Below, in pieces: positions 45,225-55,294 of a stretch of DNA of 64,000 bases. Source of the stretch: Candidatus Poribacteria bacterium (lineage in GTDB: Bacteria > Poribacteria > WGA-4E > PCPOR2b); the NCBI GenBank assembly GCA_965207095.1, contig CBDBMC010000001.1:4832635-4896634 (forward strand), read 5' to 3'. The notes beneath the pieces were generated by a model that was given only the letters and a program-made list of their open reading frames with translations, was not told the origin of the DNA and did not search any database. The translations under genes were made by a program, and so were the position numbers. Numbering within the stretch: position 1 is the stretch's first letter; every line of letters starts with the position of its first letter.

Positions 45225-46403
45225 ATGAACCGAAAAATATCACACTCATTTTTTTCAGGGATTGCCTCCAGATACCTCAGATGGAGGGAAGCGCGTGCGC
45301 AGAAGGTTCAGGAAAGTTTGTACTACGCCTCCCAACGCAAACTGGTGTGGCACGCTTTCAAAAAGCATAAACTTGCGCGCGTCTCACTTGTGCTGTTGAC
45401 CGTCCTGTATTTTGTCTCAATTTTTGCGGACTTCTTTGCCCCTTTTGGCCCGCTTGAACGGTTTAAGGATTTCAATGACGCGCCGCCAACCGGCATTCAC
45501 CTTATCAACGCAGATGGAAAGTTAAGCCGTCCCTGTATCTATGAGACAAAAAGGGAGTTAAACACTGACACCTTTAAGTATGAGTATTCAGAGGATTCGT
45601 CAAAATCACATATTATACGCATCTTCGTAAAAACAGAACCGTATAAGTTGTTGGGCTTTATTCCGATGCGGCACAAACTTTTTGGTCTTGAGAAGCGGCA
45701 GGTACCGCTGTTGCTGTTTGGATCAGATCGGTTGGGTCGAGATGTTTTCTCCAGAATCCTCTATGCTGGCCGCATCTCGCTGTTTATTGGTTTCGGTGGC
45801 GTTGCGGTAGCGTTTATTTTGGGTAGTATCTTAGGGGGTATCTCCGGCTATTACGGCGGTGTGGTCGATGAGGCCATCCAACGCGTCATCGAGGTGTTGA
45901 TTAGTGTTCCCGATATCCCGATCTGGATCGCCCTGTCCGCAGCGCTTCCCCGCGATTGGGGAACGATCAACATTTACCTTGCGATCACGTTGATCTTGTC
46001 TATTCGAGGCTGGACGGGTTTAGCGCGTGTGGTCCGGGGCAGAATTATTAGTTTGCGCGAGGAAGAATTCGCATTGGCAGCCAAAGCTGCAGGAGCCAGC
46101 GATGGACGTATCATCTTCAAGCATCTGTTACCGGCTTTTAGCAGCTATCTGATCGTACATATAACCTTGGCGATTCCCGGTATGATTTTGGGTGAAACTG
46201 CTCTCAGTTTCTTGGGGCTTGGCATCAGACCGCCGGCGGTAAGCTGGGGCACCTTATTGCAGGAAGCACAGGATGTGAATGTCCTTGCTAACTTCCCTTG
46301 GATGCTCATTCCGGCGCTCTTTGTTGTTGGAGCGATTCTGATGTTCAACTTCGTCGGTGATGGTTTACGCGACGCAGCGGACCCGTATGCTTCGTCGAGA
46401 TAA
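45225..46403 (+). CDS. ABC transporter permease (DppC/OppC-like)
   Basis: FGSDRLGRDVFSR, REEEFALAAKAAGA, ETALSFLGLG, GDGLRDAADP. Confidence 0.92.
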   Translation: MNRKISHSFFSGIASRYLRWREARAQKVQESLYYASQRKLVWHAFKKHKLARVSLVLLTVLYFVSIFADFFAPFGPLERFKDFNDAPPTGIHLINADGKLSRPCIYETKRELNTDTFKYEYSEDSSKSHIIRIFVKTEPYKLLGFIPMRHKLFGLEKRQVPLLLFGSDRLGRDVFSRILYAGRISLFIGFGGVAVAFILGSILGGISGYYGGVVDEAIQRVIEVLISVPDIPIWIALSAALPRDWGTINIYLAITLILSIRGWTGLARVVRGRIISLREEEFALAAKAAGASDGRIIFKHLLPAFSSYLIVHITLAIPGMILGETALSFLGLGIRPPAVSWGTLLQEAQDVNVLANFPWMLIPALFVVGAILMFNFVGDGLRDAADPYASSR

Positions 46404-46409
46404 CGGATT

Positions 46410-47040
46410 AGGTTCATGTTAAGGGGAACAGAAGTGTGAGATATGATTAATGAAATGTGATAACCGTTTCTTGATTTTTTTTAGTAGGGCTTTATGCTAG
46501 GTTCTGCTGACATATCATCGTAGCCAGATAACAGGGAGGCATAAATCGGCTCTCTGACGGAGAAAAAAACCGAGTTTTCAAGAAAAAACTCGGTTTTTGG
46601 CAGCTTTTCTATTGATTTAGCGTTGCTCGTGGTAGCAAAAGCAAAATGTCAACACGCCCTAGCAACTTGCGTTAGACTAACCAAAGTAACGATACCCATA
46701 CACATGTCGCCCCGCTGGGGCTTGGGTGTGTGGGTGCTATCCACATTCTATAAACATGTCGCCCCGTTGGGGCTAAAGAATGTAGGCGAGTTCTCAAGCT
46801 ATACACATTGCGCTCCGTATGAAGATTAATTTATTAATTAGGTAATTTCCGAGCGATGTCCAGTGCGGTTGCAAACCGCACCTACCGGGTCTGGGGGAAA
46901 TATAGAATTATCCGTTTAATTTCTTAAAACCCATTTGGAGCGCAGGGATTGACCTCATCGCCGTTCTATAGACATATCGCTCCGCTGGAGCGAAAGGGAG
47001 AACCCCTCAATCTTAACATTCAGCACTAGCAACTTCCGTG
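46410..47040. repeat. Repeat mosaic with a 4-unit direct-repeat array and an inserted 118-bp element (46818-46935)
   Basis: Direct reading; the inserted element is nearly identical to 44210-44327. Confidence 0.8.
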
Positions 47041-47066
47041 AATATAAATTAGCGAATTTAACGCCT

Positions 47067-48095
47067 ATGTCCAAAGACAACGTGAATCATAACAACGAAG
47101 ACATTATTCTGGAAATTAAAAACCTGAAAACCCACTTCAGCTTGGACACGGGGACAATCCGCGCCGTCGATGGGGTGAATTTAACGATTTCACGCGGCAA
47201 AACCTTGGGGGTGATTGGCGAAAGTGGTTGTGGCAAGTCGGTCACAGCCCATTCGATTCTGAGGCTTGTTCCGTCGCCGCCCGGTAAGATCGTTGATGGC
47301 GAAATTCTGCTGCACCGAGATGGCGAGATTATCGATATAACCAAACTCAAGCCGACGGAAGAAGCAATGCGGAATATTCGGGGTGACGATATCGGCATGA
47401 TTTTTCAGGAACCGATGACCTCATTTGGTCCGCTGCATACGATTGGCAACCAGATTACGGAGACGATTCTGGTCCATCGGAAGGCGATCGACAAGGTTGA
47501 GGCAAGAAACCAAGCGATAGAACTTTTGCGTCAAGTAGGCATTCCTAACCCGGAGCAACGCATTGACGCCTACCCGCATGAATTTAGCGGCGGTATGCGT
47601 CAACGTGCCATGATTGCGATGGCGCTCTGTTGTTCACCCATGCTCCTCATCGCTGATGAACCGACGACTTCATTAGATGTTACGATCGAAGCACAGATTC
47701 TGGAACTCTTGACTGACCTTCAAGCGGAAACAGGTATGGCGATCATGCTCATCTCGCACAATCTAGCGGTTGTTTCGGAGATGGCGGATGATATTGCGGT
47801 CATGTATCTTGGCAAACGGGTTGAGTTTGGCACCACCGATGCGATTTTTGATAATCCGTTGCACCCTTACACCCAAGGGTTGTGGCGGTCGATTCCCAGC
47901 GTGGACGGCCCGCTTGAACAGCTTGTGCCGATCCCGGGCGCTGTTCCGAGTCCCAGGGACTTGCCGCCGGGTTGTGTTTTTGCCTCTCGCTGCTCAGAGT
48001 TTATGCCCGGCGTTTGCGACGCGCCGAAACCGGTTCCGATTATTGAGGCGGAGCCAGATCATTTTATTGCATGTTATCTTTATAGTAGCGAGTGA
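47067..48095 (+). CDS. ABC transporter ATP-binding protein (DppD/OppD-like)
   Basis: GESGCGKS, YPHEFSGGMRQR, IADEPT, HPYT, C-terminal Cys cluster. Confidence 0.93.
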   Translation: MSKDNVNHNNEDIILEIKNLKTHFSLDTGTIRAVDGVNLTISRGKTLGVIGESGCGKSVTAHSILRLVPSPPGKIVDGEILLHRDGEIIDITKLKPTEEAMRNIRGDDIGMIFQEPMTSFGPLHTIGNQITETILVHRKAIDKVEARNQAIELLRQVGIPNPEQRIDAYPHEFSGGMRQRAMIAMALCCSPMLLIADEPTTSLDVTIEAQILELLTDLQAETGMAIMLISHNLAVVSEMADDIAVMYLGKRVEFGTTDAIFDNPLHPYTQGLWRSIPSVDGPLEQLVPIPGAVPSPRDLPPGCVFASRCSEFMPGVCDAPKPVPIIEAEPDHFIACYLYSSE

Positions 48096-48371
48096 TAAGG
48101 CGTAAACATGGCAAGTGTCTTTCGCTCGAGGCTCATATATAGTAGATGTTAGAATTAATGAGATACTCTCAATACACAGCCAACCCCCTAAATCCCCCTT
48201 ATCAGGGGGACTTTGAAGATTTCGGCCCGGTTGAAATTATTGGTAAATGTATCCTTATTTCTCGTGTTTACTATAAAAAGAAAGTGCAAAGTAAGTGCGG
48301 GGCAAGATGCCCCGCCTACGGTTCGCTCTATGTATAAAACACCGTCATTCAGGAAATGAGTCATTTCCACA

Positions 48372-49388
48372 ATGAATAAGAATGGAACACCGATTTTAGA
48401 AGTTCGAGATTTGCGGCAGTTTTTCCCTATCCAAGAAGGCTTTCTCCGACGGACTGTCGGCTATGTCAAGGCTGTTAATGGGGTCAGCTTTACCATTAAT
48501 GCGGGTGAAACGTTGGGGTTGGTGGGCGAGAGTGGCTGTGGTAAGTCTACCTTAGGCTGTGCCATCCTTCGGCTTTATGAGCCGATGGGAGGTGAGGTAA
48601 TCTTGCACCATGGGGAGGACAAGCTGTCTGTACTGGAACTTTCTCCTCGTGAGATGCGCCAAGTGCGCGCCAATATGCAGATGATTTTTCAGGACCCGTT
48701 TGCGTCATTAAACGAGCGCATGACGGTCTTGGACAATGTGATTGAGCCGCTGGTATGTAACGACATTGGGACGAGCCAAGAACGGGAAGCGAAGGCGGAA
48801 GATCTCCTGATGCAGGTGGGACTTCAAAAGGAACACTTGCGTCGCTATCCACACAGCTTTAGTGGGGGCCAGCGGCAACGGATTGGTATCGCTCGCGCGC
48901 TCTCCATTGAGCCGAAATTTGTCGTTGCAGACGAACCGGTCTTTGCGCTCGATGTATCGGTACAGGCACAGATTCTGAATCTGATGCAGGAACTGCAAGC
49001 AGAATTTGGGCTCTCTTATCTCTTCATCTCGCACGATATGGCGGTGATTCGCTATGTATCGGATCGTATTGCCGTGATGTATGTGGGTAAATTGGTGGAA
49101 TACGCTGAGCGGGACGAACTGCTGCAACACCCGGCGCACCCCTACACCGAAGCACTACACTCAGCCGTGCCGCGATTGACTCAGCGGGGTCGACGTGACC
49201 GCATCATCCTCGAAGGGGCTCCGCCTGATCCGAGTGATTTGCCTCTCGGATGCGTCTTTCAAACTCGCTGTAGATATGCTGAAGCGAAATGTAGCGAGGA
49301 AGAGCCGGAACTCAGAGAGATTTCAGATGGTCATTTTGTGGCGTGTCATCTGGCGGAAGAACTCAATTTGGTGGGAATTCAAAGTTAG
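48372..49388 (+). CDS. ABC transporter ATP-binding protein (DppF/OppF-like)
   Basis: GESGCGKS, FSGGQRQR, ADEPV, HPYT, VACH. Confidence 0.93.
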   Translation: MNKNGTPILEVRDLRQFFPIQEGFLRRTVGYVKAVNGVSFTINAGETLGLVGESGCGKSTLGCAILRLYEPMGGEVILHHGEDKLSVLELSPREMRQVRANMQMIFQDPFASLNERMTVLDNVIEPLVCNDIGTSQEREAKAEDLLMQVGLQKEHLRRYPHSFSGGQRQRIGIARALSIEPKFVVADEPVFALDVSVQAQILNLMQELQAEFGLSYLFISHDMAVIRYVSDRIAVMYVGKLVEYAERDELLQHPAHPYTEALHSAVPRLTQRGRRDRIILEGAPPDPSDLPLGCVFQTRCRYAEAKCSEEEPELREISDGHFVACHLAEELNLVGIQS

Positions 49389-49451
49389 TGGCGGATAGCA
49401 GGTCAGGCGCGGAAATACGCAAGTGCGGTTATGACGTGGAACACTCAAGTT

Positions 49452-50117
49452 TCAGAATATGTAGATGCCCTCAAACTCAGATTCGTCTGGCTGTTCCACC
49501 TTCGCATTCCTACCGAATCTGAAGGTTACTGCAACGGCATATCCGTTTAGATCGGCGTTCTGGAGTCCCTGTACCCCGACGCCACGGATATAGCGATAAC
49601 TCGCTCCAAAATAGATCTGGAGATACGTTTTCATGTTCCACACGATATTGAGTCCCGGTTCAACGATAAAAAAACTATCGTCGGGACCGCCCAGTCTGCC
49701 GTATTCATCATAGTATACATAGGTCCGCTGATAGCGATCCGTTAGCCCACCAAAACCGACCAAAGTTTGCGCCGAAAGGTGGATATCTCGACGGGGTGCT
49801 ATAATATATTCCAACTCCAATCCACCGTAGGCAAACTCGAAATCACGGTGAGAATCGGTAAGCGGCACCTCCACCTCTATATCTCTGAGTAAGCCGTAAA
49901 AGCCGCCTCCAATTGCGTAGGTGTGCTTGTAGATCCAGCCGCCTCGACCGCCGACCACCAAGCCGAATACGTCGTTGATCTGTGCTAGCTTTAATACCGG
50001 TCCCCCGAAACTACCACTGTTACTGGGCTTCTCGGTTGGTGTTTCTTTGAGATCTTCCTCTGCCCAAAGGGATGTTGCCAGTATAAAGAAAAACAGGAAA
50101 AGCGTCAGTTTTTTCAC
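49452..50117 (-). CDS. Hypothetical exported protein, probable small outer-membrane beta-barrel
   Basis: GTG start gives the signal peptide MKKLTLFLFF..SLWA; amphipathic Gly/aromatic strands (FGGP, GGRGGW, YGGLELEY, FGASYRY). Confidence 0.65.
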   Translation of the reverse strand: MKKLTLFLFFFILATSLWAEEDLKETPTEKPSNSGSFGGPVLKLAQINDVFGLVVGGRGGWIYKHTYAIGGGFYGLLRDIEVEVPLTDSHRDFEFAYGGLELEYIIAPRRDIHLSAQTLVGFGGLTDRYQRTYVYYDEYGRLGGPDDSFFIVEPGLNIVWNMKTYLQIYFGASYRYIRGVGVQGLQNADLNGYAVAVTFRFGRNAKVEQPDESEFEGIYIF

Positions 50118-50233
50118 GGGTTTTCCTCTAACAGGTGAGTGAAATTGCCTAATCGAAGGTGGATTGTGGTCCAAGACGTTTGCCGCGGAATCATCTTGAA
50201 CTGATTATAATGCGTCACTTTGGCTTTTATCGA

Positions 50234-51121
50234 TTACAATTCGCGGTAATCTCCTTGGAACACCTCTCTGACATGCCAACCGATAAACTCTGGTGCCGGA
50301 TAAAAAGATCGCCTTTGAGGAAAGCTAATTTGTTCACCATGGAACCTCCGAAGCCACTCCTCAAAACCCACAGACCCGTGGGCATCATCTGATACTAGTA
50401 TTTCTAACTGCTGTGATAGTGTAAATGCCCCGCGGTCAAACAGTTTATGATGTAGCGAGCATAGCGCCAATCCATTTACTTCTATATCGGGACCATCTGC
50501 CTGACGCCATTTGATATGAGAGGCTTCTAGCGCAATGGGCGAGGAGCCCAATTTCACATCAAAACCGCAAACAGCGCATTTATATTCGTAGGCTCTCAGG
50601 ATATTCGATCGGAAGTTGATATTGCTCCTTTGCCGGTTAGGAATTTGGAGAGGGAACTCAATCCCAACTGCCTGTAAAATATCCTCATGAAGCGAAGAAG
50701 GAAAGTGAGCATCTAGTAAGCTCTGGATTATCCCAAAAGACAACTCAAAATCGTTTTGAAGTTGATAGGCAATATCCTCGAGAAAACCGCCGGAAACGTC
50801 GTAACGAACTAGGTCACTTCTTAGGGCGTCCCCACTGGATGTTTGTCCAATTTGGTCAGCATCAAGTATCTCCCAAATTCCGTCATTTTGGAGACGCCAA
50901 AACGGATAATGTGTTCCATAGTTCGATCCACTGGAACAAAACACCCTCAGTAAATTTCCAAGCGCTTCGTCTATTTCGGAGTACGGAATTAACCGAACTC
51001 CATCTCGTAGCAATCTTCCAATGGCATACAAAACCAGCAAGGGTTTATGGGGTGCTCTTTCCCCTGTTCGTCGCCATTGTCTCAAGGCCTCAAATTTGTG
51101 AATAATTTCTTCTCTGTCCAT
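50234..51121 (-). CDS. Sulfur-binding-domain (SBD) + HNH endonuclease, phosphorothioate-dependent restriction type
   Basis: N-terminal RAPHKPLL and HYPFWRL (ScoMcrA-like SBD signature). C-terminal CAVCG, LEASHIKW, NGLALCSLHHKLFDRG (HNH). Confidence 0.85.
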   Translation of the reverse strand: MDREEIIHKFEALRQWRRTGERAPHKPLLVLYAIGRLLRDGVRLIPYSEIDEALGNLLRVFCSSGSNYGTHYPFWRLQNDGIWEILDADQIGQTSSGDALRSDLVRYDVSGGFLEDIAYQLQNDFELSFGIIQSLLDAHFPSSLHEDILQAVGIEFPLQIPNRQRSNINFRSNILRAYEYKCAVCGFDVKLGSSPIALEASHIKWRQADGPDIEVNGLALCSLHHKLFDRGAFTLSQQLEILVSDDAHGSVGFEEWLRRFHGEQISFPQRRSFYPAPEFIGWHVREVFQGDYREL

Positions 51122-51157
51122 TTTGACGCTTTGTTATTTGGGGGAATTTGCAATAAG

Positions 51158-51977
51158 TTACGCACTACAAATCAAACACGGTTCCTCATCGTCCTCATCA
51201 TCAAGAACATCACCGAAGATTTCAAGCAACGGACGATTCGGTTGGGCTTCCTTTTCCCGTGCCATTGCCTTCGCATAATTTTCCTCAATCTGCCGCACCC
51301 GCTCAGGATCGGACAGTTCCTCTAAACTTTCGCTTTGACTCCAAGTGTACCTCTCGCCTGTCTCTTTATTAAATTTCTCATAATCCTTGGCGAGTTCAAA
51401 GAGGTCGGGGTGATTCTTCTTCAACCCAATCCACTCCGCTTTGCGTTGGTAGAAACAGAAGTAGCACCCGGAGCGTGTTCGCCACTTGTAATACTCCGGT
51501 AAGCCGAGACCGCTCTCCTCCAGAATCCGATAGACATCTCTTTCGGTGATGCCGTCCTCTTTGAAGGGATACTTGGGTTCAATATTTCGTGCCTCAACGT
51601 TCTTCAGGGGCTTATAGCCAACGCGGTCCTCGTCGGCGCGGATGGCGATGTAGTTGTAAGCCTTATCCTCACCGACAAACTCCTCAAAGGGTTTGATTTT
51701 GAGGAGGCGTGTACACCAACGCACCTGCGATGATGGCAGCAATCGCCGAAAACCGAAAGCCAGTGGTCAAACGTCACGCTCAGCGTTTAATTTTTCAATT
51801 TTTTTCCCCAAGAAAGGCTTCCAACCGATCGAGAAACTCATACGTCTCCGGCAATTCCTTTCCTGTATCGCAGAAGGCGTATTCCATCTCCGGCACTTTG
51901 TCCCGCATGTAAATTGCGAGTGCTGAACTATCTTTGCCACCGGAAAGACCGAGGATATGGCGTATTTTTTGTCCCAT
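51158..51977 (-). pseudogene. SspD-like PAPS-reductase-family protein, frameshifted (or sequencing error)
   Basis: HILGLSGGKDS (PP-loop) and DTGKE in one frame, RWCT...IRADE...RTRSGCYFCF...CLIC in another. Three single-base indels at ~51740-51810 restore a continuous ORF. Confidence 0.8.
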
Positions 51978-52239
51978 GGTATCCCCTATTTTCTTTTAAT
52001 AAAGTGCTGGACTGTTGGTGTAGAACCAGTTGACTTCCAATCAATGGCACACGTCTGATTAGAGTTTATGGGGGTGGTTTCACCAATTCTACTGCTAACT
52101 TGAATGTCAGGTAGTTGTGAAGTCGTGGACAGAAATCCAAAGTCACAATCGTTATAGATTTTACCACACAGTCGTTTCGTTGGGTAGATAATAAAACGCA
52201 CATAACAGAAAAAACATGGTCAAGCTAATTTATATCTGT

Positions 52240-54000
52240 TAGGACTTACGCAAATTGAACAGGAAATTGGGATATTTTGCTGAAAAGTCGTTATTTGGTT
52301 GCGTTTAACCCCCTAAATCCCCCTTATCAGGGGGACTTTAAGAGGAAATGCGTAAGTCCTATCTGTGTTAGGCGATCAGCCGTTCTATCTTTGGGACAGA
52401 TTAAGTCGCAATAGACTACTTTTTACACCCTCTTGCATCAGGACAGCGTATAATATTGTAGATCTTAGAATTAATGAGAGACTCCACACCGGTGCGGTTG
52501 GAAACCGCACCTACCGGACCCGATAATTAGTTTACCCCGATTTATCGGGGCGATCGAAACCGAGGAGCGAAAGTGCCTATTTATTTCTGGTATTCACTAT
52601 ATATTGAGCCTGTTTCATCGAGCACTGTGTTCGGTTTTCGGGATTCCAGATGATTCCAGAGAGCTAGAAATTGTCCACAGAATCTAACAATATCTAACAC
52701 TTTTTGCGGAAACTGGGTGGTCGAGTCGTTTGCGGGATTTGGTGTTGATTTCTTCATCCAACGGGTTAGGGGACCTAACCCCTACGCATTTAACACGCGG
52801 TTCGTAGTAGCGCAATTCATGGCGCGTCGGACGGGCGATAAATCGCCCTACCAACCGGGTTACACAATGGGACCTATCGGGGCAGGTCCCGATTTATCGG
52901 GATCCTCGCACGGGAGATGCCCCTCCCACATCTACCAAGCATCGCCGAACTCCCAGGTTTTGTCCTGGTCCACTATGTCCTGCGGTGCCTCTAGGGTATG
53001 TATATTATGCATATATTACGCATGCCACACATGTCGCCCCGCTGGGGCTTAAAGGTATTATGTTATCACGCGTACTATAAACATGTCGCCCCGCTGGGGC
53101 TAAAAACACTAAGGACTGCGCCGCTCCTTCGGTATTCCGTTTTCTTGCTTTTCGCCCCGGACTAGGAAGTTATCCACATGAATCTAATAGAGATCTAACA
53201 ATATCTAACAGTTATAGGAGTTACGCACTTCGGCTCGTAGTAGCGCAATTCATGGCGCGTCGGACGGGCGATAAATCGCCCTACTACACACCTAAGACCT
53301 TATTGTAGTCGCACAATGAATGGAGCGTATCGGGGCAGGTCCCGATTTATCGGGATCCTCGCTTTCGCGGGAGATGCCCCTCCCACATCTATCAAGGATA
53401 AATCGCCGAACTCCAAGTCAAAGACCCTCGGAACGGGGACGTTGAGCGTTCAACTGCGTAAGTCCTATATATCGGGTTAGGGGACCTAACCCCTACGGAT
53501 TTATAGTGGATCTTAGAATTAACGAGACACTTCCAATACACAGCCAACCCCCTAAATCCCCCTTATCAGGGGGACTTGGGAAACTTCGCGCAGGTCGGAG
53601 TTGTTGGTAAATGTCCCTTTATTTTTAGAATTCACCATAATATGCGGTTTTCTGATCCACTATGTCCTCCGTGCCTCTGGGGTGTGTATATTATTCGTCT
53701 ATTACGCATGCCACACATGTCGCCCCGCTGGGGCTTAAAGGTATTAGGTTATCTCGCGTACTATAAACATGTCGCCCCGCTGGGGCTAAAAACACTAAGG
53801 ACTGCGCCGCTCCTTTGGTATTCTGTTTTCTCGCTTTTCGCCCCGGACTAGGAAGTTATCCACATGAATCTAACAGAACCTAACAATATCTAACACTTTT
53901 TACAAAATTCTATAAAATCGCAGTATAGCCTTCCCAATGTAGATTTTGGAGAATCGACCTACGGCAGGGCAACCACAAGGGTTGCCCCTACAGGAATAGA
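52240..54000. repeat. 1.8-kb gene-free repeat mosaic (family D 52240-52361 and 53215-53467; family B 52454-52601 and 53502-53639; ~240-bp duplicate 52968-53210/53656-53895)
   Basis: TIRs, a TCTGT TSD around 52240-52361 and near-identical internal duplicates. Confidence 0.8.
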
Positions 54001-54075
54001 GATGGTTTAATTGGTTAAACCCAACAGAATCTAATATACGAACGGGACACGAATTTTTGAGAAGGATAATAGCTT

Positions 54076-55263
54076 ATGAGATGGGTGAATGTTCAAGAGA
54101 TTTATGCTGATGGTAAACACAACGCTTGGCCCGACATGTGTCGGTGGCGGGATAGATATTACGTTATATTCAATTCCGGCGGGGTGGGTCACGCCAATGG
54201 TCACTCCATTTGTCTGCTGTCTTCTACCGATGGTGAGCGGTGGGAGAAGGTGATTGAGCGCCCCTCAATGGAGTGGACCGTATCGACCGATGCCACACGC
54301 GGTGCAACGTGTCCTAAACTGTTGCCGACCGAGGATAGACTGACTGTTATGTTCTATTACTACGCGACCGGAGAAGCCGACGTGTTGGACGTACAGAAGC
54401 AGCAGTTCAAGCGGCGATGGCTGGAACGCAACGGCTCTGAGCAGAGCTTTGAGCGTTGGATTGGTCACCACGATGTATCGTTTCGGACGGCGCTCACGTT
54501 TACGGAAGACGGTCATACCTTCTCCGCACCGCAGCCGTTGTTCGAGCCAAGTTGGCGCGTCTGGCGACCCCATACCTTCGACGGTCGGCACTATGTTATC
54601 GGTTTCCGATGCCATGGCCAATCTTGGGAGATCAGCCCGGAGTTAGAACGGATGATTCCGGTTGCGGATTCGATTGAAATGTTTGAAAGCGCGTCTCTGT
54701 TTGCGTCTGAAGATGGGCTTCAGTGGTCATGGGTTAGCGATATCGGCGTTGATGATAACGACGAACCAGATTTTGACTTCACTGTGGACGGTCGTATGTT
54801 AGTCGTCAGTCGAACTGGTGCGTCAATGAGTGAGGATCGTCCTGCTATGGCGTACGTGAGCGATCCGCCCTACACAGACTGGCGAAGATTGACCTTGAGT
54901 GCACCGCTGAACTCTCCCGCAGTCCGGCGTGTAGGAGATCAGTGGGTAGTGGCCGGTCGTGCGTTGGTCCCAGGATCGGAGAGACCGGCTCGATTTGCTC
55001 CTGACACCGCGTTCGACGCGTATGGTCCTACGCGCTTATGGCTACTCGATGACCAGAGCGGTAAATTGACGGAAGGGGTTACATTACCAAGTTGGGGCGA
55101 CAGCGCATATCCGGGGATTGAGGTGACGGAGGACGGGGATCTGTTAGTTGTCTACTATTCGTGCTCTGAGACAATTGATGCCAATCTCCTGATGGGGCCA
55201 GGACCGTTACCGGGTAAATACTCTCCAACCTCGATTTATCTTGCCCGTGTGGTTATGGGGTGA
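54076..55263 (+). CDS. BNR/Asp-box beta-propeller protein (sialidase-like)
   Basis: HNAWPD, SSTDGERW, SEDGLQW, WGDSAYPG, LLVVYYS. Confidence 0.72.
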   Translation: MRWVNVQEIYADGKHNAWPDMCRWRDRYYVIFNSGGVGHANGHSICLLSSTDGERWEKVIERPSMEWTVSTDATRGATCPKLLPTEDRLTVMFYYYATGEADVLDVQKQQFKRRWLERNGSEQSFERWIGHHDVSFRTALTFTEDGHTFSAPQPLFEPSWRVWRPHTFDGRHYVIGFRCHGQSWEISPELERMIPVADSIEMFESASLFASEDGLQWSWVSDIGVDDNDEPDFDFTVDGRMLVVSRTGASMSEDRPAMAYVSDPPYTDWRRLTLSAPLNSPAVRRVGDQWVVAGRALVPGSERPARFAPDTAFDAYGPTRLWLLDDQSGKLTEGVTLPSWGDSAYPGIEVTEDGDLLVVYYSCSETIDANLLMGPGPLPGKYSPTSIYLARVVMG

Positions 55264-55294
55264 GCTGATGCCGATTGTGCTTTTCAACTCTTAT

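Noticed and set aside
51986-52201. 71-aa ORF as a third gene of the SspD/HNH cassette
   Set aside because: No clear RBS or motif and no resemblance I can see to SspB/SspC; probably non-coding.
52717-53851. Small ORFs in repeat mosaics (also 6851, 35635, 41394, 41656, 44255, 46623, 55740, 59104)
   Set aside because: They are translations of repeat units (e.g. HMSPRWG, HVAPLGLK, RLETAPT).
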